A stretch of 64,000 nt of DNA from Camelus ferus. Lineage: Eukaryota. Location: positions 63,800,001 through 63,864,000 of the forward strand of contig NC_045697.1 in NCBI RefSeq assembly GCF_009834535.1, in the 5' to 3' direction. Under the pieces are notes generated by a model that saw only the letters and a program-made list of their open reading frames with translations, was not told the origin of the DNA and made no database searches. The position numbers were made by a program, and so were the translations under genes. The stretch's first letter is position 1. Each line of letters opens with the position of its first letter. Positions 1-13,900 of this stretch are shown here, piece after piece.

Positions 1-334
1 ACATTTTTATGATCTTTAGATAAAAATGAGAAGCAACTCTTAAAAACTCTTCTATAAGGACATGATATCCTTATGTTCCTTAATCTAGCATTCTTAATCT
101 ATTAAGTCTCCCACACAAATAAAAATAATACTTACTATTGTATGTAAAAATATTTTTAATTGCCTGTGATTTATGAGACCATTTATTTTGAAATCAACTG
201 TGCAGTCCAATAATTGCTAATAATAAATTTTTTATTTACCCTTCAATTTTGATTTAATCTTTAACAAGTTCCCAAATCCAATAGACAATCAAATGTATAA
301 CATTATTAATGTACATGCTCACACATGCTGATAT

Positions 335-1592
335 TCTTTTTTTTGTATATGTATTTCTTACTGAAGTATAGTCAGTTTACAATGTTGTGTCAATTTCTGG
401 TGTACAGCATAATGCTTCAGTCATACATAAACATACATATATTCATTTTCATATTCTTTTACACCATAAGTTACTACAAGATATTGAATATAATTCCGTG
501 TTATATACAGTATGAACTTGTTGTTTATCTATTTTATATATAGTAGTTAGTATCTGCAAATCTTGAACTCCCAATTTATCACTACCCACCCACTTCCCTC
601 ATAATAATCATAAATTTGTTTTCTAGTCTGTGAGTCTGTTTCTGTTTTGTAAATAAGTTTGTCTTTTTATTTAGATTCCACATATAAGTGGTATCGTATG
701 GTATTTTTCTTTCTCTTTCTGGCTTACTTAGAATGACAATCTCCAGGTCCATCTATGTTGCTGCAAATGGAATTATTTTATTCTTTTTTATGGATGAGTA
801 GTAATCCATTGTGTAAATATACCACAACTTCTTTATCCAGTCATCTGTCAGTGGACATTTAGGTTGTTTTCATATATGTCTTGGCTATTGTAAATAGTGC
901 TGCTGTGAACATTGGGGTGCGTGTATCTTTTTGAATTAAGATTCCCTCTAAATATATGCCCAGAGGGATTGCTGGATCATATGGTAAGTCTATTTTTAGT
1001 CTTTTGAGGAATCTCCATACTGTTTTCCATAATGGCTGCACCAAACTACATTCCCACCAGCAGTGTAGGAGGATTCCCTTTTCTCCACACCCTCTCCAGC
1101 ATTTATCATTTGTGGACTTTTGAGTGATGGCCATTCTGACTGGTGTGAGGTGATACCTCATTGTGTTTTTGACTTGCATTTTTCTGATAATTAGCAATAT
1201 TGAGCATGTTTTCATGTGCCTATTGACCATTGGTATGTCTTCATTGGAGAATTACTTGTTTAGGTCTTCTGCCCATTTTTGGACTGGGTTTGTTTGTTTC
1301 TTAAGTTGTATGAGCTGTTTATATATTCTGGAAATTAAGCCCTTGTTAGTCTCATCTTTTGCAAATATTTTCTCCCATTCGGTAGGCTGTCTTTGTTTTG
1401 CTTATGGTTTCCTTTGCTGTGCAAAAGCTTACAAATTTAATTAGGTCCCATTTGTTTATTTTTGCTCTTATTTCTATTGCCTGGGTAGACAGCCCTAGGA
1501 AAACATTTCTAAGATTTATGCTAGAGAATATTTTGCCTATATTTTCTTCTAAGATGTTTATAGTGTCTTGTCTCATGTTTAAGTCTTGAAGC
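335..1592 (-). mobile_element. 5'-truncated L1 (LINE-1): ORF2 C-terminal region + 3' UTR + short A-tail
   Basis: ORF 859..1230 (-) reads [58 protein letters not shown], the L1 ORF2 cysteine-rich C-terminus. ORF 1352..1576 (-) is the upstream ORF2 (LEENIGK..INKWDLIK). T-run at ~336-344. Confidence 0.95.
859..1576 (-). pseudogene. Frameshifted L1 ORF2 C-terminal remnant
   Basis: Two ORF-track segments in different frames, both with L1 ORF2 motifs. Confidence 0.9.
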
Positions 1593-2057
1593 CGATAATA
1601 AATTTGAAGGCAGCCTTAAATTATTGAGAAATTCTGAATATTCTTGAGATGATCTGGTAATTAAATTTTCCCTTAGTATTAAACCAAAATTAAAAATTTT
1701 AACTGACAGTTCTGCTTATTACAAAGCACTTAGGCTGCTTGCTCTCTATAGAATGTACATACACATTGTTTCATGAGGAAATACATGACCTCAATTATTA
1801 ATATCTTTTTCTTTATTTGATATATTTCAAGACTCGATAGGAACACTTTAAAATACTATCTTTGGTTATAGATATTTCATGCCTTTTTAACCCAGGGGCA
1901 TTAAAAATTAAGTATATTTTATATTAATGATGTTAAAAACAACTGACAAAAATCCTCATCATTTCTATATAAACTGATGGTGAGAAATAGAGGATGATAT
2001 AGTTTTACTCCTAAATTTTCACTGACATTTTTCTTACATCAGAACCTTGATTTACAA

Positions 2058-2140
2058 ACTCTTCTCTCTCTTTCCCTCTCTCTGTCTCTCTCTCTGTCTC
2101 CTCTTCCCTACCTTTTCCCTTCTCTCTCCTTCTTCCATTC
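2058..2140. repeat. CT-rich low-complexity tract
   Basis: Near-pure pyrimidine run (tctctctc/ttccct). Confidence 0.85.
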
Positions 2141-2231
2141 AACCAACTCCTCTTAGATTCTCTATATTTCTCTATTTGTCATAGGCTCTGGGGACAAAAC
2201 AAAAAATACTTTTTGCAGGATTATTAGGCAT

Positions 2232-2575
2232 TTCACTCATTCATTCAGCAAACATTTATTGAGCACAGCTCCATACCAGGTACTATGAAAAGTCCTGGGA
2301 ATAGACCAAAGAACAAGATAAACAGGAGCCCTAGCAAGAAAGATAAATAAATAAACAATAAAAATAAAGTAACATCTTACAATATGAGAAGTTCAGAGAG
2401 CTAAGAGAAAGCAGAGCAATGACACCCCATATGATGTAAACATCCAAACAAAGCACCTTGCAGAAGTTGTGTTTAAACTGAAATCTGAAGCAATATTTGA
2501 ATAAGAAGTGTTCTGGGAAAGGAACGGTATATATGAAATCATGGAAGAAAGAGAAAGCATTGTCCATTGGAAAAA
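2232..2575 (-). mobile_element. L2 3' fragment
   Basis: ttcactcattcattcagcaaacatttattgagcac...ccaggtact is the reverse complement of the L2 3' terminus. Confidence 0.7.
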
Positions 2576-3769
2576 CTGAAGTATTTTGCTATGGCTTTGT
2601 AACAGAATATTCCTTGAAGGTTAAATTTGATATTTTTGTGTTTGCTCTATCAAAAAAAGAGAAGACTCATAGGTTTATAACTATATCTACCCAATGGGGT
2701 CAGTGATCATTCTTGTGTATTTAAAAACACCCCTACCTTTAATGAGCAAGTTGGTCTTTGTGTTTGAAAGGTACAATTAGCCTCCAAAGCATGAAAGGTA
2801 CTTAAGAAGAAAGTGTTCTTCAAAGCTGGGGTTCATATATAATAAAAGAAAACTTCAGTTTTACTCTCAGGACCTCAACTAGTGTAGGGATATTTGTTTA
2901 CTTTCAAAAAAACCAAAAGGACCTCTAGTTTGCTCTGCATATACCTTGGGAGGTTATTGAATTATTCTTAATTTGATGTGCCTTTGTAGATGAGTCTCTG
3001 GAATCTTTTATTTGGACATGGCTTGCACCTTCTCTTAATCACGTTAGTACTCATTTTTAAGTTCGACACAATCAGACTTGTAGGTGTGGTATTTTCTTCC
3101 TTTAGCTCTTTCTATCCAGGAAAAAAATTAGATACGTGCATAAATACTTTGAGTAAAAGACACAAGATTGACAAGGAAAAGGGTATTCTCCATAAAGGAA
3201 AGGAATGTGTAAAAGCATGGAGACATAATGAGTATCACGAATATAAATAGATGTGTAGTTGAATGGCAGAAGTTGAGGCTGTATTGACTCTATTGAAAAC
3301 AGAGAGTGAGCTACTGAGAGTTCAGGTGTGATGGAAGGGGGCAAATCTGGGAGGGACAGCAATAAGCAAAAGCTGACTATATTCTGAACAATGAATGATA
3401 TGAATTTAAATGAACACAATGATATTTGTTGATAAAAATTAATCAGATAAATATTTAGAGCCTAGAAGCAAAATGACTGCCTTATTCAATTTATGTCAAC
3501 AAATTTAGTGCAAAGAAAAAGACATGAAAAAACATTCCAGATAATTTTTATATAATTGCTTCACTCAACAAATGTTAATGGTGCATTGACTGTGTCAGGC
3601 AATTCCCTGAACTCTAGTGTAAATCGTAAGCAAAACAGATATGCTTCTTTCCCTCTCATAAACTGTTAAGCCTTTATTATTATAAATTTTTGATTATTTT
3701 AATTTAGCTTATATTAAATTCCAATTTAAAAAATATTTGAAAGACACCATGGTGATTAAACTGACACCA

Positions 3770-5000
3770 AATATTGGGATTGGAATGTGGACCAACCAGA
3801 ACCAGGAATCTCATACATTGTTGGTGGCATTGTAAAATGGTACAGATTTTTTGGAAAAATATTTTAGTAGTTTCATATAAAAACAAAGCATACATGTTTT
3901 GTGCTGGTCTCGGCTTATCAATAACCAGTGTTGTGACTCGACCAGCCCTTGTAGTTCTTATTATTGCAAGATACCTGTCAGCAATAACCATTAGGAAACT
4001 TGAGGGGAAAAAGGGTTTATTACTACTCACCAAGTCCCAGAAAACACCAGCACACCAAGAGCCACACAGCAAGGTTACAGGTGAAGAGAGTGTGAGAGAG
4101 AGCACAGGTCTGGGGTTTTGCCTGTATTGGGGTCAAGGGTAGCTATAGCGCCAAAGGCTTAAGTTTTGAGGGATCATTCTTTACCAGTGAATTTAAAACA
4201 TAAAGGCAGGATTTTAAAAGGGTAGGAAGAGAATAAAACAAGTGGCCCAAATGGCCCATTTCAAAATCAACCAAGATCTCTAACACTAAGAAGCCTTAGT
4301 GAGGGGAGGTAGCCTGGTTCATTATTTAGTCCCGTGGCTGGCAATGTGTTTATTAGAGTTAGCCATCTCAGAAGAGGACAGTCAAAGCTTAAGCCAGGCA
4401 CTTGCATTACAAAAAAAGAGAAAACCCAACTGTGAGGGCTTAGGCTATGTTATAGCACCCTGATGACTAATCAAACCTAATTTTAGATATTTACCCCTAA
4501 AATAAAAAGCTTGTATTTCCAAATAAATTTGTACCAGAATGTTTACAGTGGCTATATTTGTAATAGCTAAAAACTGGAAACTAAGTGTCCATCAAAAGGA
4601 GAATGGAAAACAAACTATGGCATATTCATATGAAATACTACCAACCAATAAAAAGCATAATGAAACCTTGCTGCAGGCAGCAACATGGATGAATTGCAAA
4701 ACATTATTCTGAGTGAAAGAGGCCTTACATAAAAGAATACATGCTGTATATTCCATTTAGATTAAATTCTAATTTACAAGTAGTAAAGAACAAGTAAAGT
4801 AGAACAAGTAGTCTAATGTGACAAAAAACAAAAACATAAACAAAAAAACCTAGAACAGTAGTGGCCTCTGGGGTGGGGCAAGGAAGGAAACACTAGAGAA
4901 CTTCCTGGGATGATGATAATGTTCTATTGTCTAATATTCTATGATAGCAGTATGGGTTGTAAACACTTGCGTTCTTCATTATATGTAAATTTTACCTTAA
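3770..5000 (+). mobile_element. Old L1M (MC/MD-type) ORF2 end + 3' UTR, split by a nested LTR
   Basis: ggaatctcatacattgttggtggcattgtaaaatggtacag...ttggaaaa at 3800-3890 resumes at ~4455 with gatatttaccc...aaactggaaac...gtccatcaaaaggagaatgg...acatggatgaat. Confidence 0.8.
3900..4448 (-). mobile_element. Solo LTR (ERVL/MER76-77-like, family uncertain) nested in L1M
   Basis: ~550 bp of higher-GC non-L1 sequence interrupting a colinear L1; minus-strand AATAAA at ~4017-4022. Confidence 0.6.
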
Positions 5001-5449
5001 AGGAGAAAGGAACAAAAAAACCAAATTACTTAAAGTAATGGTATCAACTTGCCCTCTAACATTTTGGTGTAAGAAATGCTACTACACTTTATTTAAGTCA
5101 AATTCAATTTGAGCTTTTTTTTTTTTAATTAGCAAAACAAGAAATTTCATCATAGTTCCTTTTGTGAGGCTCCTTCTATCCCTAGAGATTATTTCAGTAT
5201 TCAAGGAATTTGCATGATACTCATAAAATGAGGGAGGGTCCTGGTTCCAGCAGCCTAGTGGTTTATAATATTTCATCTGGTCACTATATGGCTGTGAAAT
5301 TTTGTCCTCTATATTCTTTTAGGTGCTGTTGCCTGGACAGGCTCATAGAGGCCCAGCCAGGTGTGATCACAGTCGTTAGCATTCAAAGATACCCTGTTGC
5401 CTTGTTTCCCTGGTTCTATTTTCAACATGGAAGGGGGCATAAGTAAATA

Positions 5450-6650
5450 TATTAAGGATAATGAGAATCAGATGTCTGTCTACTAAAATTAGAGATATAG
5501 GTGTGAATTTATGGTTTTAAATATGTATATGTACATATATATACACATATTTATGTATTATATATATATCTGTGTATGTACATTAAAAATACATACACAT
5601 GTACTTTCTATCTCTGTCCACTGAGAAATGTCTATGAACAACAATACCTTAATAGCAATAAGCATAACTAGCACTCATACTTTAACTTCTAGATACCGTT
5701 CTCCACCAAAAAAAGCCAGGACTCACTGAAGAAATGATTGATTCTAGAACTTGGTCAGGGAAAGTACAAGATAAATCCAGAGTAACTTATTTTGCCAGAA
5801 AGCAAAGAAATGCTCAAAGGATGATATTGACATGTCAAGATGACACAGAAACCTTCTTGAAAGGGCTGCCATTTGCCAAATATGAAGCAAATTAAGTACC
5901 AAAATAAATGCTATTTATACTTATAACCCATTGAGTAAATAGAAAACCATGAATCATACAGTTATATATAAAGGAATAAATTGAAAGTTTGATGAAGGAT
6001 GGTACATTTTAGTTTCAAAGTATCTCCCCATAAAAATACTTAATTAATAATTGAAAGGAGAAAGAGTGTAAATTTCCTTGAAGAAGTTAATCAAATAATC
6101 AAAGTAACATTATTGGTAATAGGACAAATCAAAATTGAATGCCATCTGATAGGATGAAGTGATGGCATCGTCTGTAATAGTCCTCCCAAATGAGCATAAT
6201 CTGAATACAGGAAAACAACATTCAATCCCAAATAAAGGGATAGTATGAAAAATAATTTTAATTTTTTCAAGTGTTGAAGATACGAAAGTCAAAAAATTGA
6301 GGATTTTACTTCTACAGTAAACTGAAAAAGATAAGAGATATGACAAATGCAATACATTTTCCTGACCAAACATGATTTGGACACTAGGTGACACTTGAAT
6401 GAAGTCGAGGATTATCCTGTAGTAATGACAGTATCAATTAAGTTTCTGAAATGGATGATCGTATTTTGGTTACATAGGAGAATGCCCTGTTTTGTGGAAA
6501 ACGCACACTAAGTATTCAGATGAGATGGGACATCAGGTTGGCCAACTCATTCTAAATGGATTTAGAAAAATATTTTTAGTATTGAACACTGAATATACTT
6601 TATATATATAACATTTTCTTGAACATTTTATCTAAGTTTAAACTGATTTT
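5450..6650 (+). mobile_element. Old L1MC/MD 3' UTR fragment
   Basis: Degenerate motifs such as agaacttggtcagggaaagtacaagat, catcgtctgtaatagtcctccc, gacaaatgcaatac and gaatgccctgttttgtggaaaacgcacact. Confidence 0.65.
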
Positions 6651-6664
6651 AAAAAGAGCAAATT

Positions 6665-6990
6665 ATGATGGAAAGCCATTGGTGATTTATATTTAGGTGG
6701 TGAAATGATCTTTATGTTTGAAAAGAAACGTTTCGGCAGCTGTGTAGACAAGCTGCTTAGGTTGAGGGTGGAGGATGGGTAAGTGTCAAAAAAGGAAGAC
6801 AATTGAGATGCCACTGCAATAACTCATAGAAAGGTGGTGACAGCTTGAACTAGGGATATAACAGAAGACGTGGTGAGCATCGATTGGATTTGAGTTGTAT
6901 TTTGAAACAATATCCTGCAAAACTTGCTGGATGTGGAGTATATAGGAAAGACAAAAATGTAGGCTGATTTCGAGGTTAGACAAATATTCT
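6665..6990 (-). mobile_element. L2 fragment
   Basis: ggaaagccattg...ggtggtgacagcttgaactaggg...ttgctggatgtggag, typical of degenerate L2. Confidence 0.55.
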
Positions 6991-7219
6991 TAGTCCCAGA
7001 GGCTTTGATTGCTACAGCTGCCTTTAATCTGTACATTTTCCCCTCTGGGTACTATTGCTCCCATGTCTTACAGGTGTAATACTACTGTGACAATATTCTG
7101 AAAACAATTTAAATTACTGAGAAATAAACTACTCATGAGTTATAGAACTTTACCATTCAAAAGCCTTAACAAAAACATTACTGTTTCTGTCCCATCAACA
7201 AGAGTGTGCAGAGCAAAGC

Positions 7220-7410
7220 AATGTAGCATAGTGATTGGAATGAGTCCTATGATATTACAGAGAAGTGGTTTTAAGTTCTTGCTCAGCCAGTTATTTTAGA
7301 CAAGTTCCTTAAATGCTAGAAGCTCGATATTCTCATGTGTAAAATGAAGGATAATAATATTAACTTCTAGAATTCTATGAGGATTAATTCATAATGTAAA
7401 GAAGTTAGCA
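7220..7410 (+). mobile_element. MIR SINE
   Basis: caagttccttaa...tctcatgtgtaaaatgaaggataata...gaggattaa core. Confidence 0.65.
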
Positions 7411-9649
7411 TTGATCTAAATATTACTGCTGTAGTCCCTAGTATTAGTAACAGTTGTAGTGGTAGAAGTAGCATTGTGTGATACCTCCAAAGACTTAATA
7501 GATTCTCTTTTTAGTTAGAAGTAATTAGTTTTTAAAAATGTGTGGGGAATAAAAATGAAAGAAACATAGCAGTTGCTATCAAGGATTATCTTTGAAATTT
7601 GTGACAATGGTTAATTACTTTCAAATCTCTTAAATTATGCACATTTCCTAAAAGTTTGCTTACATTCAAAGGGTGAAAGAATTTAAAATTTTTTAATACT
7701 ACATTGTTCCAGGAAAACTGTCTTAAATTATATCAATGTTTCTAATATTTTAGGTACAAACATTTGGTACAATATTCACTCCAGAGAGATTAATGTTCTT
7801 GTTGCTTGGAACAGAACATACTTCTTTCAATGTCTTCCTAATCCAATTTTATATTCTCTATTTACTATGCCTAATCATTATGCTAAGGCTCATTTGAAAA
7901 CAGTTGTTCTTAATTGTAAAATTGAACTGCACCCCATTAAGCTCTTGCCTCACTGCTTCTGAGATCCTTGGTGGTTTGGAATATGGGGATGCATCTACAT
8001 TCTCTCCCTGCCAGTTCTTTTTATCTTTTCTAATGCTGTCCCTTCAGTGTTTCAGCTGCTAAGTGGTTCTAGTGTATGTTTGATAGAACTGTCTAATGAC
8101 TGATACATTATTATCACTACTTATAATAAGTCAGCAGGAATGCCACCCATGTCTGAGAATTTGGAACCAACAGGATTATGTATTTTACCAAAGCAAGACA
8201 GCAAATGTACAACTAAATAGAAAGAAGTGTTTCAGTCTGTCCATTAACTGCTGATTTTTAATTTTGTACTGACTGTAACTATAAAAAAGAAAAACAGTGG
8301 AAATTAAATGAGCTTTCTAATTAACCCACAAAGAGATTTAAATTTTGACTTTTTTTTTGAATTGTATCATTTCAACTTTTTATAAGGATGTTTGTACGTT
8401 TATTTATGTACTATTGGTGAATGCCTAGTTTGGGTGCTGGGAATAATGTAGATAAGTCTTACTCATAGATCCTAGAATCTACTTTACAGTAAACAGTTTT
8501 GCCATATTAAGTCTCCTAGTTTCAAAGACACAAGTCGTTTGTTGTGATATATTAAAAAGAATTAGTGTTACATACAACCATGTTAACACTGGCCAAAATT
8601 CTTGCTACCTGTACAACCTTTGTCAATTACTTAGCCATTGTGACTTCCATGAAGTATGCTGGTCCTCCCTGAAAAATGCACACGGCATCCTAGGTGTGCT
8701 TCTAGGCATCCAAAAGTTTTTGTGAAAAGGAGAAAGGGCCCTGTGAATAAATTTGATCCAGGAGTCAACCTGCCCAGTCAAGCTAGTGTGGTGCTTGTTG
8801 GCTGGATTTACAACTTGGGTTCACAAAAAATTTATTTGCAGCCAAAGTCATTACACAGTGGGAGCATGCAATCCTTTAATGAAGTCAGGAATGCAAGTTT
8901 CTAAACCTTATGTGGGGCTTTATACTAATTCTGTGTGTTGCTGTCAGGTTGGTGTGTCAGCATCTCTGCCCTCTGGACCAATCTCATTGTTGCAGATTCT
9001 TCCATGGAGAAGCCCTAACTGTTTACTACTCTGTTAAATTATCTCACATAGCAGCCTTTCTATTTCCATCGAAATGCTAGAGAGAGGTTGTCTTATGAGT
9101 TATGGACAAGATCTTTCCAACACTTAGAGAACTATATCTTGTACATGGGGTTGCTGGGGATCTTTGGGGTTAGAAAACAGAACATAAATTTCATTCTTGT
9201 ATCCTTTGCCTTATACCTGTCAACAAAGGAATGCCAGAGATACCAAAGAATCAATGTATCAAGGCAGGAATCAGTGAGGAATCACACATAGTTTCTTTTC
9301 ATTGAAATTATCCTATCCACTAACCAATATATCAAAGAATAGTTGTCTTCAGTTGTGTAATCTTCCTCCATAGTGAGATAAAAGAAGTCTATTTATGTAT
9401 TTAATGACATCGCAGTACATTTTGTGTGCCTTGATTGTACATTTTGTATTTTGATTATCATTTGAGGTTAAATAAAAAATAAAAAATAAAACCCTATCCC
9501 AGCACCCTATACCTTAGTATTCAGTTAATTTCAGTACCCTTCCCATATAAAGGCCATCAGCCAACTAAAGTGGTTCCTGCCCACCTGTTTTTCTCTAACA
9601 TAGTCCATTTTATAACCTCACATCCTCTAATGCCTGCTCAAGCTACCTT

Positions 9650-9790
9650 ATTTATTTACTTATTTATTGTTCATTGTTCTGTAACAATTTTCACTAGAAC
9701 AGAAGCCATTTGTCTGCCTTGTTCACACTGAAACAACTGTGGTTAGAACAGTACCTAAAAGCCAGCATACTCACTATTTTGAATGAATAA
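9650..9790 (+). mobile_element. L2 3' end
   Basis: tttgtctgccttgttcac...tagaacagtacct...tatttgaatgaata. Confidence 0.6.
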
Positions 9791-10019
9791 AAAGGTATTC
9801 TCCTTTAAGTAAAATAAAATGATCTGTTCTAGAAGTGATTGTCTACAAAAAAAATGAGAAATTCCTTTACCTACCACTTGCTATAAGATGGGTTTATTAG
9901 AAAATTTATATCACAAAAGAATTATTTTATTAATTTTAAAGTAAACCTCTGTTTTCATTTCAGTTAAAACCTCTATTTTGAGACTTTATTAACCAAGACA
10001 TTCAGTTAACTGGAACTTG

Positions 10020-10021
<2 letters not shown>

Positions 10022-10060
<39 letters not shown>
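10022..10060. repeat. (AC)19 microsatellite
   Basis: Uninterrupted AC run. Confidence 0.97.
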
Positions 10061-10063
<3 letters not shown>

Positions 10064-11289
10064 GTAATAGTATAATGGTAATTTAAATTCACAATTAAAG
10101 TACTGAGAAATCATAAGATCCTGAAATATTTTCTTGTCTATTGAAAGTGAAAATGTATTTAATAAAGTTTTAGAGCATAAGGGACTATTTAATTTCTCTT
10201 CATTGGTTATAAGTAATGCATTTATATATGAAAAGCACTGTGTCCTGTAATTAGAATATTTAATCAATTAGTACATCCCATTCATTATGATACAGTATTC
10301 TCTAGGCCTTTTATTTGATGAGCCTTGTTAATGATTACTGATTTTCTAAAATTATTGCTAATCAAACACTAAAAAATAGGACCACTTTGAAGACAGCATG
10401 TCTTCTGCTCAGACGTTTCAAATGAGAACTTCTACTTCTTAATTGGTGTGAATTCTTCAAACCTACAGCTGGTCAAGAGAGCCCTTCCCTACCTGCAGCC
10501 TCCAGGCCTGCCTCTGGCCATTGGCTCTTCTGTCAGTTTACCGCAGTGTGCACACAAATATTATATATCTTCTGTGAGTAACATGATGTGATTCAGTAAG
10601 GAAACAGCAAACTATACAGCTGTCTTGACTTTATGACATCCTATTGTCATTCTTCATGTCTCAGAGATTTTCCCTTAGCACTTCTCTCTGTGCACAAGGA
10701 CACATTCTTTCCTATGTTATTTTACCCCATTGCTTTTTCATAGTTCTTTCTATACATATTAATTAAATACTGATGTGTTCATTTACTCATCTGTTTCACA
10801 AATGAATGAATGAATGAAAGAGGCAAATACACAAATACAATGTGCTTGTGTCTCATCTCATTTATGTCCCTTTATTAGCATTCAGAATGCAAGCAGTATT
10901 GTTATGAAAGAGAAAAAGAAGTTAGAAATATATTGAGCCAAGTTTAAGAGGTATGACTAAAAGTTGATAAAATTTTTGGAAAGTCTTAATGTATGAGAAC
11001 TTAATGATACATATCACTGTTATGCTTTGAAAAAATTTCATTGAATTATTGGGTGTGTCTGTTGTTTTTGTATGTTTAGCATATTTTCCCCTTTTGTTCT
11101 GAAGACAGACCATTCTCTTCCTTTGGGAAAGTACATTCTCCCCTCCAGATAAGAATGTGAAGTATATTGCCTCACCTATATTATCATATGACCAAGGCTG
11201 GCCCATCTAATTATTGAATACCTCTGGGGATTGTGAGTGATTTGAGACTGACAGATATAGCCCTAATGGCCCTAGCAGGGCCATTTAGA

Positions 11290-11545
11290 ATCTTTTTCTT
11301 AGTGATTGACATAATGTTAGCACTGAAAACTTTGGAAACCTAAAGCTACTAAGACCATTTTACTACCTCAAGGAGATGACGTGATTAAGAATTTAGCAAA
11401 CACAAGGGCAAAGACATGGAATGTGGAAGGAGAAAAAAGTTCCCATGACCTCTTTTCAACTCCTGGATCCAGTCAAGCCTAGATACTCCTAGACTTTTTG
11501 CTATATGAATCAAATCTTACTAACTTAAGCAAATTTGAGTTGATG
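11290..11545 (+). mobile_element. MLT1 (MaLR) LTR fragment
   Basis: tcctggatccagtcaagcctaga...ctagacttt...ttaagcaaatttgagttg resembles the old MLT1 3' end. Confidence 0.5.
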
Positions 11546-13414
11546 ATATACAAGTTTCTTAAATTTATTCCAATAATTGCTGAAAACACATCTCAAAACC
11601 CATTTTCAGATATAATCGTTATCAAAGCCAGTACACACCCCCCTCACAGATGATTTCTACATTGGCCAATTTTCTTTGGGAAATTAAATGTAAATGGTAA
11701 ATGTTTATACATTGGCTTTAAATAATTATATTCATTTATCTGGACTTTTGGTGGAAGAGGGAAGTAGGAACGATCCATGAGAACAATCCACTACCTACGC
11801 CAGCTTAAAGCAAGAGATTTCTGTTGGTAGCGTGTTATTTTTGTCAGCGTTGCTACTTCTAAAATAGTACAATTTACTTATAAAAATCTTGGAGAATATA
11901 CATTTTTACCAACCTGAATCCATTCATTTTAGTCACAAGTCTATGCTTTCCAGCATTAGTATCTGTCATTCATATGTGTCTTATAAGAAAAACTTGTAGG
12001 GTAAAAATTCCCATGAAGAGCAGTTATCATACTTTGACTTGACCAATGTTTTTCATTTTTCATTCATTTAATTTTTTAAGCCAAAAGAATCTTTCATGTA
12101 AACTTATCCAAAAGTTTGTATATAATTTGTTAATATAAATTATTATTCCAGTTAAGCCTGGAATTGTTCAGATTGGGATAAGAATAGGGGATCCAGAGTT
12201 GGCATCTTTGACCACTTTACTCCTGTGTCCCTTTGGGAGGAGGATAGGGTTTACTGAAGCTGTTTGGAATATACTGGGATTTTTTTAAATGCAGGTCAAA
12301 GTAGAAAGATGGCAGGCGTACTCCACCCCAGTGGTATATTTTTATCATCATCATATCATTTGTTAGATGTTGCCTTTGAAAATGTGACAAATTGAGAAGC
12401 AAGTTTTGATTCTGTTTTGTTTTTCTAGTAACAGTTGCCCCTGGAAACGTGTGCTGGTTCCTTTCATACCCGTCTGATCACTGAAAAGGTGACAATGACT
12501 TGACAGATATGACAAGGAATTTGTTTTGCCTGAGTTAATGGAACATTAGAAAAATTAATTCTTATGATTAGGTGATTAGCAAGAACAATTAATTAGAAAA
12601 TACTGTTTGTTAAAAGCAGGAATACACTGGAGGTTTGGAAGAGTTGCCTTATATGTCAAAACAGTAATAATTCAGAAACATTTAAAATAATAGAAGTGGA
12701 TTAGAGGGAGTTAGTACATAGAATTTTCTTTTGGTAAGTGGTTTACTAATTTATTTGTCTCACAATGGTTGCAGCAGCATCTCTTTCTTTTATATTTTTG
12801 ACCTACTTCATATAACCTCAGAAGCAGTCTCCCTAAAGAATGTGCTGGAGTAAAAAAAAAAAAGACATTGAAGAAGTTACACTTTAGGTAAGACTACTGA
12901 CTGCCTGGGAGGTGGTTTGTCTGCTAGTGACCCTGATCAAGTGGCACATGAGGTGCTAATCTGGCAAGAAGCTTCATTATCTGTTCCCCTTGACTCCATT
13001 CATCTGTTCAGTGCCTGATTTACTTTAGATTTGTCCCTTCCACAGTCTACATCTCCCATTCTTTCTTAATGATGAGCACATACAGTAATTAAGCACCTGA
13101 GTACTGAATATCGTAAATGCTAATTAGTTAAGCCATCACTCCTCCATCATAGACAAAGTTCTCACATAAGCGTAGGTAGCTTTCTGAGCTCTCTGTTCTG
13201 TTTCATTGACCTTTGAGTCTATCCCTCCAACAATGCCATAGTGTTTGAGTTATTATAAAACAGATAAAATAAATAAATATATGCATGCATTAACTCGATA
13301 AACCTCAAAAAAGCTGCATAATGATTTACACGGCACAGTACCATTTAAGTAAATTTAAATTTATACAAATATATTATACATATTACTTATAAATAAATGC
13401 ATATATAAGCAAAG

Positions 13415-13900
13415 CACTAATTCTCAAGGTGTGGTCCAAGAACTCCTGGAGCCATTGCAATCCTTTTAGTGAGTCTGAGAAATTCTTCTTTCGCCAATTA
13501 CATATCTATGACAGTCCAGAGTTGCTCTATATATTTTAAATGAAACACATATCACAATGGATTCAATGTAGAAGCAGATATGAGTATCCTGCTTCCTTCT
13601 ATTTAGACAGACATTAAAAATGTTTTTAAAAATGTTTTTAAAAATGTTTTTTAAAATGTAAAAAAAAAGTATTCTTAGCACTGTTTTCATTTGGAAAATT
13701 AAGTTATTTTCATAAAAATACTATTTATGATAACATGTCAAGGGCTTATTATTTACTTATAGTAAGTTAATAAACAAATTTTCTCAATTTTAATTCTGTG
13801 TTATAAATAGAAGTAACCAACATAAAGTAAAACTCCTTGGGCTCCATAATAATTTTAAGTGAGTAAAAGGGTTCTGTGGGCAAAATTTTAAGAACTGCTG
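13415..13900 (+). mobile_element. Charlie1-derived hAT non-autonomous element inside an old L1ME 3' UTR
   Basis: Termini cactaattctcaaggtgtggtcc and tttaagaactgctg; internal gattcaatgtagaagcagatatgag...cagacattaaa matches Charlie1. Confidence 0.8.

Noticed and set aside
3704..4142. 133-aa and 122-aa ORFs
   Set aside because: They span an L1M/LTR junction; the only homology is a degenerate L1 ORF2 motif (HCWWHCKMVQ).
11795..11870. CpG-containing patch with a possible minus-strand AG...GT pair
   Set aside because: Weak donor, unrecognisable peptide and no partner exons.
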